A stretch of DNA of 64,000 nucleotides, from IMG/VR virus record IMGVR_UViG_3300028394_000040; one strand, written 5' to 3'. Below, piece after piece: positions 19,670 through 29,887 of the stretch. The notes beneath the pieces are model-generated. The model was not told the DNA's origin, searched no databases, and was given only the letters and a program-made list of their open reading frames with translations. The stretch's first letter is position 1. Every line of letters begins with the position of its first letter. Origin of the DNA: a virus. A program made the position numbers and the translations under genes.

Positions 19670-22600
19670 TTATGCTAATCTAATTAATACAAAGTTTCCG
19701 TTTCTATATAAGCCTCCTAATGGAACACCGCCAGCTGCTGCTGCTGTATCGTCAACAAAATTCAATGATTGAGATACCTGTGTTAATAATACATAGCCAG
19801 AATTTACTGTTACGTTCTGGTTTAAGGTATTAATGAATGATGAAGTAACTGCATATGATGCAGATGTCGCCGTTAATGCATAAGAAGAACTAGTAGCTGT
19901 TACTGCATATGATGCAGATGTCGCCGTTAATGCATAAGAAGAACTAGTAGCTGTTACTGCATATGATGCCGAAGTAGCATTTGGTGCTCCGTTAATACCG
20001 GAGAAGTTAGCTACTGCTTTACCTGTTACTGCAGATGCAAAGTATAATTCTGCCGTATTAGTATCTACTGCTTTAATAGCTGCAGGAATAATTACGTAGT
20101 CAGAAGGATCGTATACTTCGAAGTTTACATACTTGGAATTTAAATTGTGAGTAAATGACCAAGTAACTGCAGCAGATGTTTGATTTAATAATGAAGTTGA
20201 ACCTGTTGCATATAACCCTCCTCCATTGGATGCTACTGCAAATCCTGTCGCTGCGTAATCGAATCTAATCTCTGCTGTATAGAGACTAGTACCGACAATA
20301 TCGTTAGGGATAAGCTGTTTATAGTCGCTTCCGTATACCTGTATTAAAGGATGTCTAGAGTTTAAATTATGAGTAAACGACCAAGTAGTAGCAGCTACTG
20401 ACTGCGTAAGGAATGTAGTAAAGCCCGGTGCGTTAGAAGCAGATAATGCAAAAGTAGCAAATGATGCAGATGTTGCAAAAGAAGAAGTACCGTATAAGCT
20501 TCCAGTTATACCTGCTGTTACATATAAGCTACCTGTTATTACTGCCGAACCTGAAAATGGGAATCCAACTCCGGCAGAACCGCTGATGTATGATGCAGTT
20601 AAAGCGTAAGAAGCTGTTATTGAATTCTGTACGTAAGAAGCAGTTAAAGCATTTACTACGTAGCTAGCAGTTTGTGCATTAGCAACGTAAGATGCTGTAT
20701 AAGCATTAGCAGCTTGTGAAGCACTTATTGCATTCTGTACGTACGACGCTGTAAGTGCATTTACAACATAGCTAGCAGTTTGAGCATTAGCTACGTAAGA
20801 TGCAGTTGCTGCTAAAGAAGCGCTTATTGCATTCTGTACGTAAGATGCTGTCAAAGCGTTAGTAACGTAACTAGCAGTTAATGCTGTTACTACGTAAGAT
20901 GCCGTTAAAGCATTTACTACGTAGCTTGCTGTCTGTGCATTAGCTACATATGATGCTGTATATGAATTTGCCGACTGTGATGCAGATATCGCATTCTGCA
21001 CGTAAGATGCAGTCAAGGAATTAACTACATACGATGCAGTCAACGCATTTACTACGTAACTTGCTGTCTGTGCATTAGCAACATAAGATGCTGTAGTAGC
21101 TGTTCCTAATAAAGATCCTGTAAATGATAATGCTGTAACTGATCCAGTAATACCTACAGAGCCAGTAAACTCATGTGTGTTGCTTTGAAGTGAGCCGAAC
21201 CTAGTTGAACCTGTTACGAATTGAACAGAAGAGGTTACCGTCTGTACTACTAAAGTTTGAGCAGTTATTGTATTTGATACAGTAACTCCCCCTAAAACAT
21301 TTAAAGAGCCTGTTAACCCATAAGAACCTGATAGCTCTTTTTTGTTAGTCCAAACTGAACCGCTCTTCATTAGTAAATCACCGTAGGAACCCGTAGTAGT
21401 ATTATCCACTACATCATGAAGTTCTCCTATCTCATATCCATTATCAACTCTAACGTATATTTCACCGTTTCCTGCTGATACCTTTGTAACATATCCTAGT
21501 CTTACAGCATGTAAAGGAGCTATAGGTCTAGTAGTAGTAAAGGTACCATTTGCCCCCAGATAAAGATTGTCACCGGCTGTTAATCCCGAGGTATTTAATC
21601 CATTAAGGATACCTTCTGTAATTACTACGCCAAATGCGTTGTTGTTTATATTAGCTGTAGCTATACCTAAAGTATTCGCTGAAGTACTATCACTAAGATA
21701 AGATGCGGTAGTTATTAATAAATTAGTTCCATCAGAGCCATATATGTGTGTAACTTGTCCTTTAAGTATATTCATAGCAGCCTTTACGGAAACTGCCGAT
21801 TGAAAGGATAAGGCTGACTGCGTTACAAAAGATGAAGTCAATGCATAGGATGCTGTAAATGTGAAATCAGCAATCGATGCTGTATACGAACTACTTACAG
21901 TCCCTTTAACATCACTACCGCTAACATAGCTTGCAGTTAAAGCATAAGATGCAGTTAACGGTACATTTAACGAGTAAGAAGCTGTTAATGCATTAGTGGC
22001 ATATGAAGAACTAACTGCATTTAATACGTAAGAAGCAGTTTGTGCTGTCTTAATATAAGATGCTGTATGTGAATACGAGGCAGTTAAAGCTTGATTAGCA
22101 TAAGACGCTGTATAAACATAAGAAGCAGTAACTACGTTACCTCCTTTAGATGCTACAGCTGTTCCAGTTCTATTAGAAGAGAAGTAGATTACAGCGCTAC
22201 CGGTATCTATAGCATGTATTTGCTGAGGTACTATTACATTATCATTTGCGTCGTAAATAGTAAATACAGGATAAGTAGTACCTAAATTATGAGTAAAGGA
22301 CCAAGTAGTAGCCGGTGTTGTTTGAAGCAATACTGCATTAGCGCTATTAGTATCACCACCTCCTCCGCCTCCAGGTATATAGATAGAAGCTGTACCGGCA
22401 GATATTGTAGCTGTTACTCCTGCTCCATTAAAGTTGAAGAAAGAAGATGTACCTTGTAAATTACCTTCGTCAGCTATGTATATAGCACTTATTCCTCCTC
22501 CGCCTCCTGCATTCATAGCATAAGAAGCAGTTAAAGCGTACGATGAAGATGTAGCATTATCTGCAATAGATGCAGTATAAGAAGAGCTAACCGTTCCTTT

Positions 22601-25510
22601 TACATTAGAACCGCTAACATAGCTAGCAGTTATTGCTAGAGAAGCTGTAGCAGACTGCCCCAATACATAAGAAGCAGTAAGAGCAAAAGCTGAAAACGAT
22701 GCACTAGTTGCTGTATCTGCTAAAGAAGCAGTGTAAGAACTACTTACTGTTCCTTTTACGTTAGAACCGCTTATGTATGATGCAGAAATTGAATTTACAA
22801 CGTATGAAGCTGTAAGAGCGTTAACTACATATGATGCTGTTTGTGCATTAGCTACATAACTAGCTGTATATGCATTAGCAGCTTGAGATGCACTTATTGC
22901 ATTCTGTACATAGGATGCCGTTAAAGCGTTGACAACATAACTAGCAGTAGCAGCTAAAGAAGCACTTATAGCATTCTGTACATAAGAAGCAGTTAAAGCG
23001 TTAACAACGTAAGAAGCTGTAAGGGCATTTACTACGTAGCTTGCTGTGTAAGAATTAGCTGCTTGTGATGCAGATATTGCATTTTGTACGTAAGAAGCAG
23101 TTAAAGCGTTTACTACATAACTAGCAGTTTGGGCATAGCTAGCAGAAGCAACCGACATACTTCCTGTCTGGTTTTCCAATACAACCGGTATTCCATTTAC
23201 CGTCAAGCTTCCAGTTATGCCAACTGAGCCGGTTAATTGCTGTACGTCTGATAAACTGTTACCAAATTTGTTAGAACCGCTGCTGTAAATTATAGAAGAA
23301 CTAACGATTTGTACGTTAATTGATTGAGCGGTAATGTTACCAGTAAATAATGCGTTAGAACCAGAGAGATTATTCCTAACCAATAGGTTATCAGCACTAG
23401 ATGCTGTTAGTGCATTAGATGCTGTTAATGCATTCAATGCATATGATGCTGTTGTAGCTACATTAGCGTAAGAAGCCGATGTTGTATTGCTAGCATAAGA
23501 AGCAGATGTAGCTCTGTCTGCTAAAGAGGCTGTAAACGAAGAACTAACCGTACCAAATACATTAGAACCACTAACGTAGCTAGCAGTTACAGCTGATGAA
23601 GCTGTAGCAGGTATATTTAAAGCATATGATGCTGTAGTGGCAAAATCTGCATAAGATGCAGTTCCTAATAAGCTTCCAGTGAAAGAAGTAGCTCTAACTG
23701 TACCTAATACATTTATACTTCCAGTATTTTCAATAGAACCCGTAGAAATATATGATCCTGTGAATACCATTGTGTCGGCATTCATAGTCATTAACGTAGT
23801 TCCAGTAGAGCCTACTAAATTAGTAGTACCTGATACTATTAATGAACCTGTAAAGGTAGCACTACCGGTAAACTGGCTGTTTGAATTTACTTTCAGGCCG
23901 TAAGCTGGATCTACTGATGCTGTTACGCTTCCAGAAGCTATTCTTGTTACCTCTAACCCTACTATAGCAGAAGCAGTAACATAAGATGCTGTAGCTGCAG
24001 TAGTAGCAAAAGAAGAAGATAAAGCTGTATTAGAATAAGAAGCTGAGGTAGCTACGCTAGCATAGGATGCAGAAGTGGCTGTATCAGCTAATGATGCAGT
24101 GAATGAACTGCTTACTGCTCCTTTTACATTAGAACCACTTACGTAAGAAGCAGTATAAGCATTATCCGCAATAGAAGCAGTATAAGAACTACTAACTGTA
24201 CCTTTAACGTTAGAACCGCTTACATAACTTGCTGTAACTGCAGAAGAAGCAGTAGCAGGTATGTTTAAAGCATAAGATGCAGTAAGAGCAAAGCTAGAAA
24301 ACGATGCAGTAGTAGCAGTATCAGATAGTGAGGCTGTAAATGAGCTACTAACAGTGCCTTTTACATTGGAACCACTTACATAAGATGCAGATATTGCAAA
24401 GGAAGCTGTAACAGGTACGTTTAGAGCATATGATGCTGTAAGGGCAAAGCTAGAAAACGATGCTGTTGTAGCTGTATCTGCTAAAGAAGAAGTAAATGAA
24501 CTACTAACAGTACCCTTAACATTACTTCCACTTACATATGATGAAGAAATAGCGGTAACGACATAAGATGCAGTCAGAGCATTAACAACATAACTAGCTG
24601 TCAATGCATTTACTACATAAGAGGCAGTATAAGCATTATCGGCTATAGATGCCGTATAAGAAGAACTAACAGTTCCTTTTACATTAGAACCACTTACAAA
24701 TGATGCTGTATAAGCATTAGCAGCTTGAGAAGCAGAAATAGCATTCTGTACGTAAGAAGCTGTTAGAGCATTAACAACGTAGCTAGCTGTTTGAGCAAAG
24801 CTAGCAGTTGCTACAGACATACTTCCTGTCTGATTAGCCGTAATAACAGATTGATTATTTACTGTTAAACTACCTGTTATACCTACTGAGCCAGTAAATT
24901 GCTGTATATCGGTAAGTTTGTTACCGAATATATTAGAACCGCTACTGTATACTGTAGATGAAGATACAATTTGTGCTACAATTTTTTGAGCAGTAATTGT
25001 TCCTGTAAATAATGCATCAGAACCAGTTAATACGTTTCTGATTATAAAGTTATCTGCAGAAGATGCTGTTAAAGCGTTAGATGCAGTTAATGCATTCAAA
25101 GCATAACTAGCAGTCGTAGGTACGTTTAACGCATAAGAAGCTGTATTAGCATACGATGCTGATAGAGCAGCTAAGGCATAGCTAGATGTAGCAGGTATGT
25201 TTAACGAATACGATGCTGTTGTAGCATAGTTAGCAAAAGATGCTGAGGTTGAATTGTTAGAATACGATGCGGATGTGGCAGTAGCTGCAGAACCAGCTTG
25301 ACTGGCATAAGCTGCATAAGAAGCAGATACTACTGAGCCACTGCTGTCAGTACTTGCTAATGCAACGATTGATTCTGATGTTCCTTGTACCTTTTTTAAG
25401 TAGACTTTTGCGTCATAGGTGTTTATTGCTAACTCTCCTTGAGCTAAATCGCCAACACTTGGTACTTTTCCAGGTACAGAACTACGTTTTAGTTCTATTT
25501 TTACTGCCAT
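19670..25510 (-). CDS. Giant repeat-rich fibre protein (1946 aa)
   Basis: N-terminal KIELKRS...GELAINTYDAKVYLK (Mtd-N-like virion anchor), dozens of 9-aa TASYVxNAL repeats, three TAQ..Q.(V/I)(S/T)SS modules, three TWSFTHNL domains. Confidence 0.8.
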   Translation of the reverse strand: MAVKIELKRSSVPGKVPSVGDLAQGELAINTYDAKVYLKKVQGTSESIVALASTDSSGSVVSASYAAYASQAGSAATATSASYSNNSTSASFANYATTASYSLNIPATSSYALAALSASYANTASYALNVPTTASYALNALTASNALTASSADNFIIRNVLTGSDALFTGTITAQKIVAQIVSSSTVYSSGSNIFGNKLTDIQQFTGSVGITGSLTVNNQSVITANQTGSMSVATASFAQTASYVVNALTASYVQNAISASQAANAYTASFVSGSNVKGTVSSSYTASIADNAYTASYVVNALTASYVVNALTASYVVTAISSSYVSGSNVKGTVSSSFTSSLADTATTASFSSFALTASYALNVPVTASFAISASYVSGSNVKGTVSSSFTASLSDTATTASFSSFALTASYALNIPATASSAVTASYVSGSNVKGTVSSSYTASIADNAYTASYVSGSNVKGAVSSSFTASLADTATSASYASVATSASYSNTALSSSFATTAATASYVTASAIVGLEVTRIASGSVTASVDPAYGLKVNSNSQFTGSATFTGSLIVSGTTNLVGSTGTTLMTMNADTMVFTGSYISTGSIENTGSINVLGTVRATSFTGSLLGTASYADFATTASYALNIPATASSAVTASYVSGSNVFGTVSSSFTASLADRATSASYASNTTSASYANVATTASYALNALTASNALTASSADNLLVRNNLSGSNALFTGNITAQSINVQIVSSSIIYSSGSNKFGNSLSDVQQLTGSVGITGSLTVNGIPVVLENQTGSMSVASASYAQTASYVVNALTASYVQNAISASQAANSYTASYVVNALTASYVVNALTASYVQNAISASLAATASYVVNALTASYVQNAISASQAANAYTASYVANAQTASYVVNALTASYVVNSISASYISGSNVKGTVSSSYTASLADTATSASFSAFALTASYVLGQSATASLAITASYVSGSNVKGTVSSSYTASIADNATSSSYALTASYAMNAGGGGGISAIYIADEGNLQGTSSFFNFNGAGVTATISAGTASIYIPGGGGGGDTNSANAVLLQTTPATTWSFTHNLGTTYPVFTIYDANDNVIVPQQIHAIDTGSAVIYFSSNRTGTAVASKGGNVVTASYVYTASYANQALTASYSHTASYIKTAQTASYVLNAVSSSYATNALTASYSLNVPLTASYALTASYVSGSDVKGTVSSSYTASIADFTFTASYALTSSFVTQSALSFQSAVSVKAAMNILKGQVTHIYGSDGTNLLITTASYLSDSTSANTLGIATANINNNAFGVVITEGILNGLNTSGLTAGDNLYLGANGTFTTTRPIAPLHAVRLGYVTKVSAGNGEIYVRVDNGYEIGELHDVVDNTTTGSYGDLLMKSGSVWTNKKELSGSYGLTGSLNVLGGVTVSNTITAQTLVVQTVTSSVQFVTGSTRFGSLQSNTHEFTGSVGITGSVTALSFTGSLLGTATTASYVANAQTASYVVNALTASYVVNSLTASYVQNAISASQSANSYTASYVANAQTASYVVNALTASYVVTALTASYVTNALTASYVQNAISASLAATASYVANAQTASYVVNALTASYVQNAISASQAANAYTASYVANAQTASYVVNALTASYVQNSITASYALTASYISGSAGVGFPFSGSAVITGSLYVTAGITGSLYGTSSFATSASFATFALSASNAPGFTTFLTQSVAATTWSFTHNLNSRHPLIQVYGSDYKQLIPNDIVGTSLYTAEIRFDYAATGFAVASNGGGLYATGSTSLLNQTSAAVTWSFTHNLNSKYVNFEVYDPSDYVIIPAAIKAVDTNTAELYFASAVTGKAVANFSGINGAPNATSASYAVTATSSSYALTATSASYAVTATSSSYALTATSASYAVTSSFINTLNQNVTVNSGYVLLTQVSQSLNFVDDTAAAAGGVPLGGLYRNGNFVLIRLA

Positions 25511-25622
25511 AGCAATGGTAACTTTTTAAAGATATGTATCCAGTCGTATTCGTGTCTATCTAGACATTAATAAATATACAATTTACCTCTTTTATATATT
25601 CCCTATGATGTCGGTTTGTAAA

Positions 25623-26606
25623 TTAATACCCGAATCTTATTTTGTAGGTTGCGTGTAATGCTTGTATTTCCGCTAATGTTAATACTCCGCTATATACTTT
25701 TACAAATCCTACATCTCCAGTCACAGGTTCAATACTTGTAGTAGAAGTATTAAATCTACCAAATAATCTTAAACCATTAAATCCACCACTTCCTGTACGA
25801 GTCCCATTTGTTGTAGTAGGTGCAGTATTGGTAGCAATATACGCTTTTGAACTATTAGTTGTATTTAATCCATCGTCGGTAAGCCATATAAAGCGCCAAG
25901 TAGCAGTAGCGGTAGTTGAATTAGCACCAACAAATGAACCATTAAATGCAATATTCATACGAGTTGTACCCGATGCCCATATACCCATTAAGAAATCAGG
26001 CGATAATGAGTTAGCATTTAGCAACCTACCCCCCGTTACACCATCCCATTTGTATGCCATAAATACCGTATAAGCTTGAGTTCCGGATGAATAATTAGGT
26101 CCACCATAAAACATATCGGATGTACCTGTTGATGATTTTCTAAATACTCCACCATTTGCCGAATTCCACGCCATACTAGTACTGGTATTTGTCATTGTAA
26201 TAGTATAGGCACCTGTACCGGCAATTGTAGAACCATTAGTAGGCATTGCCGAATAGTTAGCGGCATCTAGATCAAATACTAAAGCAGCAGCAGGGGCTGG
26301 TATATTAGATGCGGTAGGGGTGTTAGTAGGTGTAGGGGTAGAAGTTAACGTTGGTGTTGCAGTACTGCTATTAGTAGGGGTAGAAGTTAACGTTGGTGTT
26401 GCAGTACTGCTATTAGTAGGCGTCTGTGTTAATGTAGGAGTAGACGTTGGAGTTTGCGTTGCGGTTTGTGTAGCTGTAGTAGTAGCAGTTGGTGTTGGTA
26501 CCGGTTGAGAAGAACCAGAAAGATTAAACGATATACCACCACTATTTAAAACATTAACGAAAGATAAGCTACCTGAACCGCTGGAATTAATTATATGTAG
26601 TGCCAT
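25623..26606 (-). CDS. LamG/concanavalin-like lectin-fold virion protein with mucin-like linker
   Basis: PTPTATTTATQT...TPT linker, then LVFDLDAANYS and C-terminal VKVYSGVLTLAEIQ...KIRFG typical of phage LamG-like domains. Confidence 0.7.
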   Translation of the reverse strand: MALHIINSSGSGSLSFVNVLNSGGISFNLSGSSQPVPTPTATTTATQTATQTPTSTPTLTQTPTNSSTATPTLTSTPTNSSTATPTLTSTPTPTNTPTASNIPAPAAALVFDLDAANYSAMPTNGSTIAGTGAYTITMTNTSTSMAWNSANGGVFRKSSTGTSDMFYGGPNYSSGTQAYTVFMAYKWDGVTGGRLLNANSLSPDFLMGIWASGTTRMNIAFNGSFVGANSTTATATWRFIWLTDDGLNTTNSSKAYIATNTAPTTTNGTRTGSGGFNGLRLFGRFNTSTTSIEPVTGDVGFVKVYSGVLTLAEIQALHATYKIRFGY

Positions 26607-26615
26607 AACTCAGAA

Positions 26616-26837
26616 TTAAAAACTACCTCCGTCAACAGGATTGCCATTATAAGAACCAGATTCTACATTAGGTGAATCCGTAACGTAGAATGAACCAGAA
26701 ACTCTTAATGAAGGAGTACTAGGGTTCGTCTGTAAGATTGTGGCAGACCCAGAGACAACAAAGCTACCAGTAGCTATTAGTTGACTGCCAGATACTCTTA
26801 AAGGTACTTCTATTTGATCTAATGTAACTCTTGCCAT
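26616..26837 (-). CDS. Hypothetical structural protein
   Basis: 73 aa, SGS-rich, ends DGGSF. Confidence 0.6.
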   Translation of the reverse strand: MARVTLDQIEVPLRVSGSQLIATGSFVVSGSATILQTNPSTPSLRVSGSFYVTDSPNVESGSYNGNPVDGGSF

Positions 26838-26838
26838 G

Positions 26839-28119
26839 TTAGCCGAATTTTCCTACTCCTATAATTTCTTTTGTTGTTCCATCGCTATTAGTTAATAAGT
26901 AGCCTAATGTTGCAGAATTGACTGTTAAAACTACATTCGAACCGACTTCAACAAAGCTAACTATATCTTTTCCTGGGATTGTTATACCGTTAGCGTAAAA
27001 ACTAAAGTTATCCTTAGTAGTAGGCGGTAATCCTGAGCCTCCTGTAGGTTGTAAGATATAAGTATTACTAAAGGTAGCAGTAGTCCCAGAATTTACTGTG
27101 GCTGTCTTTGCTTTAGATACACCTAGATAATCTAGGTCAGCAGGATCAATAGTAAAGGTGTTTGATATATTACTTATATTAACTGAGTCATTAACTTGAA
27201 CACCGTTAAGTGATCTAGCTGTTCCTTGTAACTGCTGTACAGTAAACATTTCACTAGAAGTAGATGTCTCTAATCCAAACTGTATCTGAGCTGTACCAAA
27301 TGCTTTCTTAGCATTAGCCATATCTCTGTTTATACTATCGGGAATAATATATCCGTTTAATACTATTTGAAATGTACTCCTTAACGTCCTATCTGAGCCC
27401 GCTTCTAGTAATACAGATGTAGGGAAAGAATCTATTCTAGCTTTAAATTGAAATTTTGAAGGATCTCCCCAATAAGAATTAGAAGCAAAATTTATAGATT
27501 CTATTAACTGATTCATTTGCTCTACAAAGTCTGTAAACATTACTACTGTATATGTTAATGTAACATAATCAGGAGGAAACGCTACTATAAACTCTTTAGA
27601 AGGTTTTGAATTAGTTAATATATTAAAGTTATCGTAGAAGTTTCTCTTATTATACTTCTTCTCAAATAAAATAAAATTATGTATTTGATTTCCGTCTAAT
27701 TTATTACCTAACGAACGATTAGGTTCAAGATTATCTCTTCTAAAAGTAATTAACGGTGCTTGTATTTTACCTGATGAGTCTCTAAGAAAGCCATCTGCTT
27801 GTATAGATTTCCATTTCTCCGGTGAGCTGTATACTACAGGTACTAATCTCTTTCTATTATTTTGAAAGACTGATAGCTTTAGTACATTATGGAAATAAAA
27901 AGATATGGCTTGATCCATATCCTCAAGACCCACAGCTATACTTACTGTATCATCTCCTTTCATTGAGATCTCTAAAGATCTATTGAATTCGGCTTGACCA
28001 GGTTTAATTTCTTCAGAGTATACCTGGTTAGGGTTCCCCATAGTAGGATCGTATGGAGTAACTAACTTATCCATAAATTCTCTACGATTCTCAGGCCTTG
28101 GTCGATATGTATTAGGCAT
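26839..28119 (-). CDS. Tail completion / sheath stabiliser (T4 gp15-like)
   Basis: VPVVYSSPEKW...APLITFRR...PDYVTLTY; position after the neck genes. Confidence 0.6.
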   Translation of the reverse strand: MPNTYRPRPENRREFMDKLVTPYDPTMGNPNQVYSEEIKPGQAEFNRSLEISMKGDDTVSIAVGLEDMDQAISFYFHNVLKLSVFQNNRKRLVPVVYSSPEKWKSIQADGFLRDSSGKIQAPLITFRRDNLEPNRSLGNKLDGNQIHNFILFEKKYNKRNFYDNFNILTNSKPSKEFIVAFPPDYVTLTYTVVMFTDFVEQMNQLIESINFASNSYWGDPSKFQFKARIDSFPTSVLLEAGSDRTLRSTFQIVLNGYIIPDSINRDMANAKKAFGTAQIQFGLETSTSSEMFTVQQLQGTARSLNGVQVNDSVNISNISNTFTIDPADLDYLGVSKAKTATVNSGTTATFSNTYILQPTGGSGLPPTTKDNFSFYANGITIPGKDIVSFVEVGSNVVLTVNSATLGYLLTNSDGTTKEIIGVGKFG

Positions 28120-28615
28120 CCGGTATAGTTTGGGTTATTCCTATTTTTTCTCCTCTTGTATAATGAGTAGTCAATGTATATGAGTAGCTATCATTACTAC
28201 CAAATTTTTGCATTCCTTGTGAGTATGAGTAGTCAGCGTCTTTACCCATTATTAACTGATTAGCGTTAACGTTATCTACTTGGTAATATAATTCGTTGTA
28301 CATAACTACATCACCGATTTCCGGTACTATATTAGCTGCTACAATGTCATCTGTAGCTATCCTAAATACTACCTCTCGAGTTGTGTCAACAGTTAAATCA
28401 TCTACTCCTACATTAAAATCACCTCTTTCTATAAGACAAAAAAGGAGTACAGGTCCAATATAATTTTTACTTAAAGACTCTCCGTAAAAATTAATAGTAG
28501 AATCATCTAAGTTAAGCTTGTAGTAACCTATTTGCTGACTAATAACATCTTGTACTAACTCTCTTGAGATAGTTTTAAATGTAGAAACATCTGAACCGTA
28601 TCCAAATAATGCCAT
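28112..28615 (-). CDS. Neck / head-closure protein (T4 gp14-like)
   Basis: NFYGES..K and PEIGDVV.Y....YQV motifs; synteny. Confidence 0.65.
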   Translation of the reverse strand: MALFGYGSDVSTFKTISRELVQDVISQQIGYYKLNLDDSTINFYGESLSKNYIGPVLLFCLIERGDFNVGVDDLTVDTTREVVFRIATDDIVAANIVPEIGDVVMYNELYYQVDNVNANQLIMGKDADYSYSQGMQKFGSNDSYSYTLTTHYTRGEKIGITQTIPDA

Positions 28616-28616
28616 C

Positions 28617-29780
28617 TTATCCTATGTAAATCATTAATGGTATGTTATCTAAAGTAGATTTCATAGCTATATTCTCTGCCTGTTTTCTTTCTAACTGGCT
28701 TTGTCTTGTAGTTTGATCCAAATCTCCTCTTAATTTTTCTAGCAGAGAAGCTTTTTCTGCTCTTGCATCCGTCAATAAGTCAGCTTGATTTAAAGTCGTC
28801 TCATCTCCCGGTACAGGAATAATAGAGTATTTACCTCTTATATAAGCTAAAGCTTCTTTAGCTAAAGCAGAAGTGTACTCAAATATCCAATATCTCCCCG
28901 GAGAATTAATTTGACTGTATGTAGGATTAGCGTACGGTACATTACTAACATTCGTGACCAAATTTCTTGACCCAGAGTACGGGCCGTTTGCTGGATTTCT
29001 TGCATCGAATTCTGTTGTATATTCAAACCACATATGCCCTACAGCGTCTCCTGGTATAGGGAATACTTTTAATTTATTATCTGTTAACTCAAAAGAGAAT
29101 TGTGAACGTCTAACTTGGTCAGACATCTCAATCGCCTGTATTCTTTGGATGTCCCAATATAAAGGGAACATCATATAAGATACTGCAGGAGAATAAGAAC
29201 CCCATCCAAACGTTTCCATTAAGCCTTGGTAGTTGTAACCTGAGCCTAAATAAGGGTCAAAGTAACGAACTATAGCAGGTGTCTGTTGGTAGAATACCCT
29301 TTGTATTCTTATTGAATCACCAGGCTGTAATGAAGCAGAAGATGATGCCCAAGCATTAAGGTCATAAACTTGTTTACGTGCTTCTAGTTCAACCGACCCC
29401 GAACGCCATTCAACGTACCCTCCTACACCTATTTGCTGGCCGTAATTGTCAGCTATAGCTATAAGATTAGCTAACCCAGGGTTTACTACTGTGTTATTTA
29501 ATGCTGAGCCGGTAAGAGAACCTTCAAGACTTAAATAGTTATCTCTAATTTTCATTAGATAAACTTCATTACCGTAGGTAGTTACTGCTTCTTCAAAACA
29601 AGAAAAGAAGTTAATATCTTGGAGCTCAACCTCCATAATAGGATAGCCAAGCTTTCTTGCACAGAATACAGCTACTTTATTAGCGTCTGATTGGAAAGAA
29701 GAATCGGAATCGTAAAATCCAAATGGAGTACTTCCAGTATAGAATGAGCTAGACCCTGGCCATATAGGTTTATTTGCCAT
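28617..29780 (-). CDS. Neck protein (T4 gp13-like)
   Basis: RKLGYPIMEVEL and WIFEY..ALAKE.L..IRGKY..IP.PG..TLN motifs; directly after the capsid gene. Confidence 0.75.
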   Translation of the reverse strand: MANKPIWPGSSSFYTGSTPFGFYDSDSSFQSDANKVAVFCARKLGYPIMEVELQDINFFSCFEEAVTTYGNEVYLMKIRDNYLSLEGSLTGSALNNTVVNPGLANLIAIADNYGQQIGVGGYVEWRSGSVELEARKQVYDLNAWASSSASLQPGDSIRIQRVFYQQTPAIVRYFDPYLGSGYNYQGLMETFGWGSYSPAVSYMMFPLYWDIQRIQAIEMSDQVRRSQFSFELTDNKLKVFPIPGDAVGHMWFEYTTEFDARNPANGPYSGSRNLVTNVSNVPYANPTYSQINSPGRYWIFEYTSALAKEALAYIRGKYSIIPVPGDETTLNQADLLTDARAEKASLLEKLRGDLDQTTRQSQLERKQAENIAMKSTLDNIPLMIYIG

Positions 29781-29825
29781 TTAATTACAATGTAGTTTTA
29801 TATAAATAGGGAAGCTCTCGTAAAT

Positions 29826-29854
29826 AAAAAAACAAGCCCCCAAAGGAGGCTTGC
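29826..29854 (-). terminator. Intrinsic terminator after the major capsid gene
   Basis: Minus strand GCAAGCCTCC-TTT-GGGGGCTTG followed by T7. Confidence 0.8.
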
Positions 29855-29887
29855 TTTAATTACTCTTACTCGTCTTATTAGTTAAGA

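Noticed and set aside
2350-25510. Diversity-generating retroelement suggested by the Mtd-N-like domain and repeated fibre DNA
   Set aside because: No reverse transcriptase in the window; differences between repeats look mostly synonymous and not adenine-specific; no non-coding template repeat seen.
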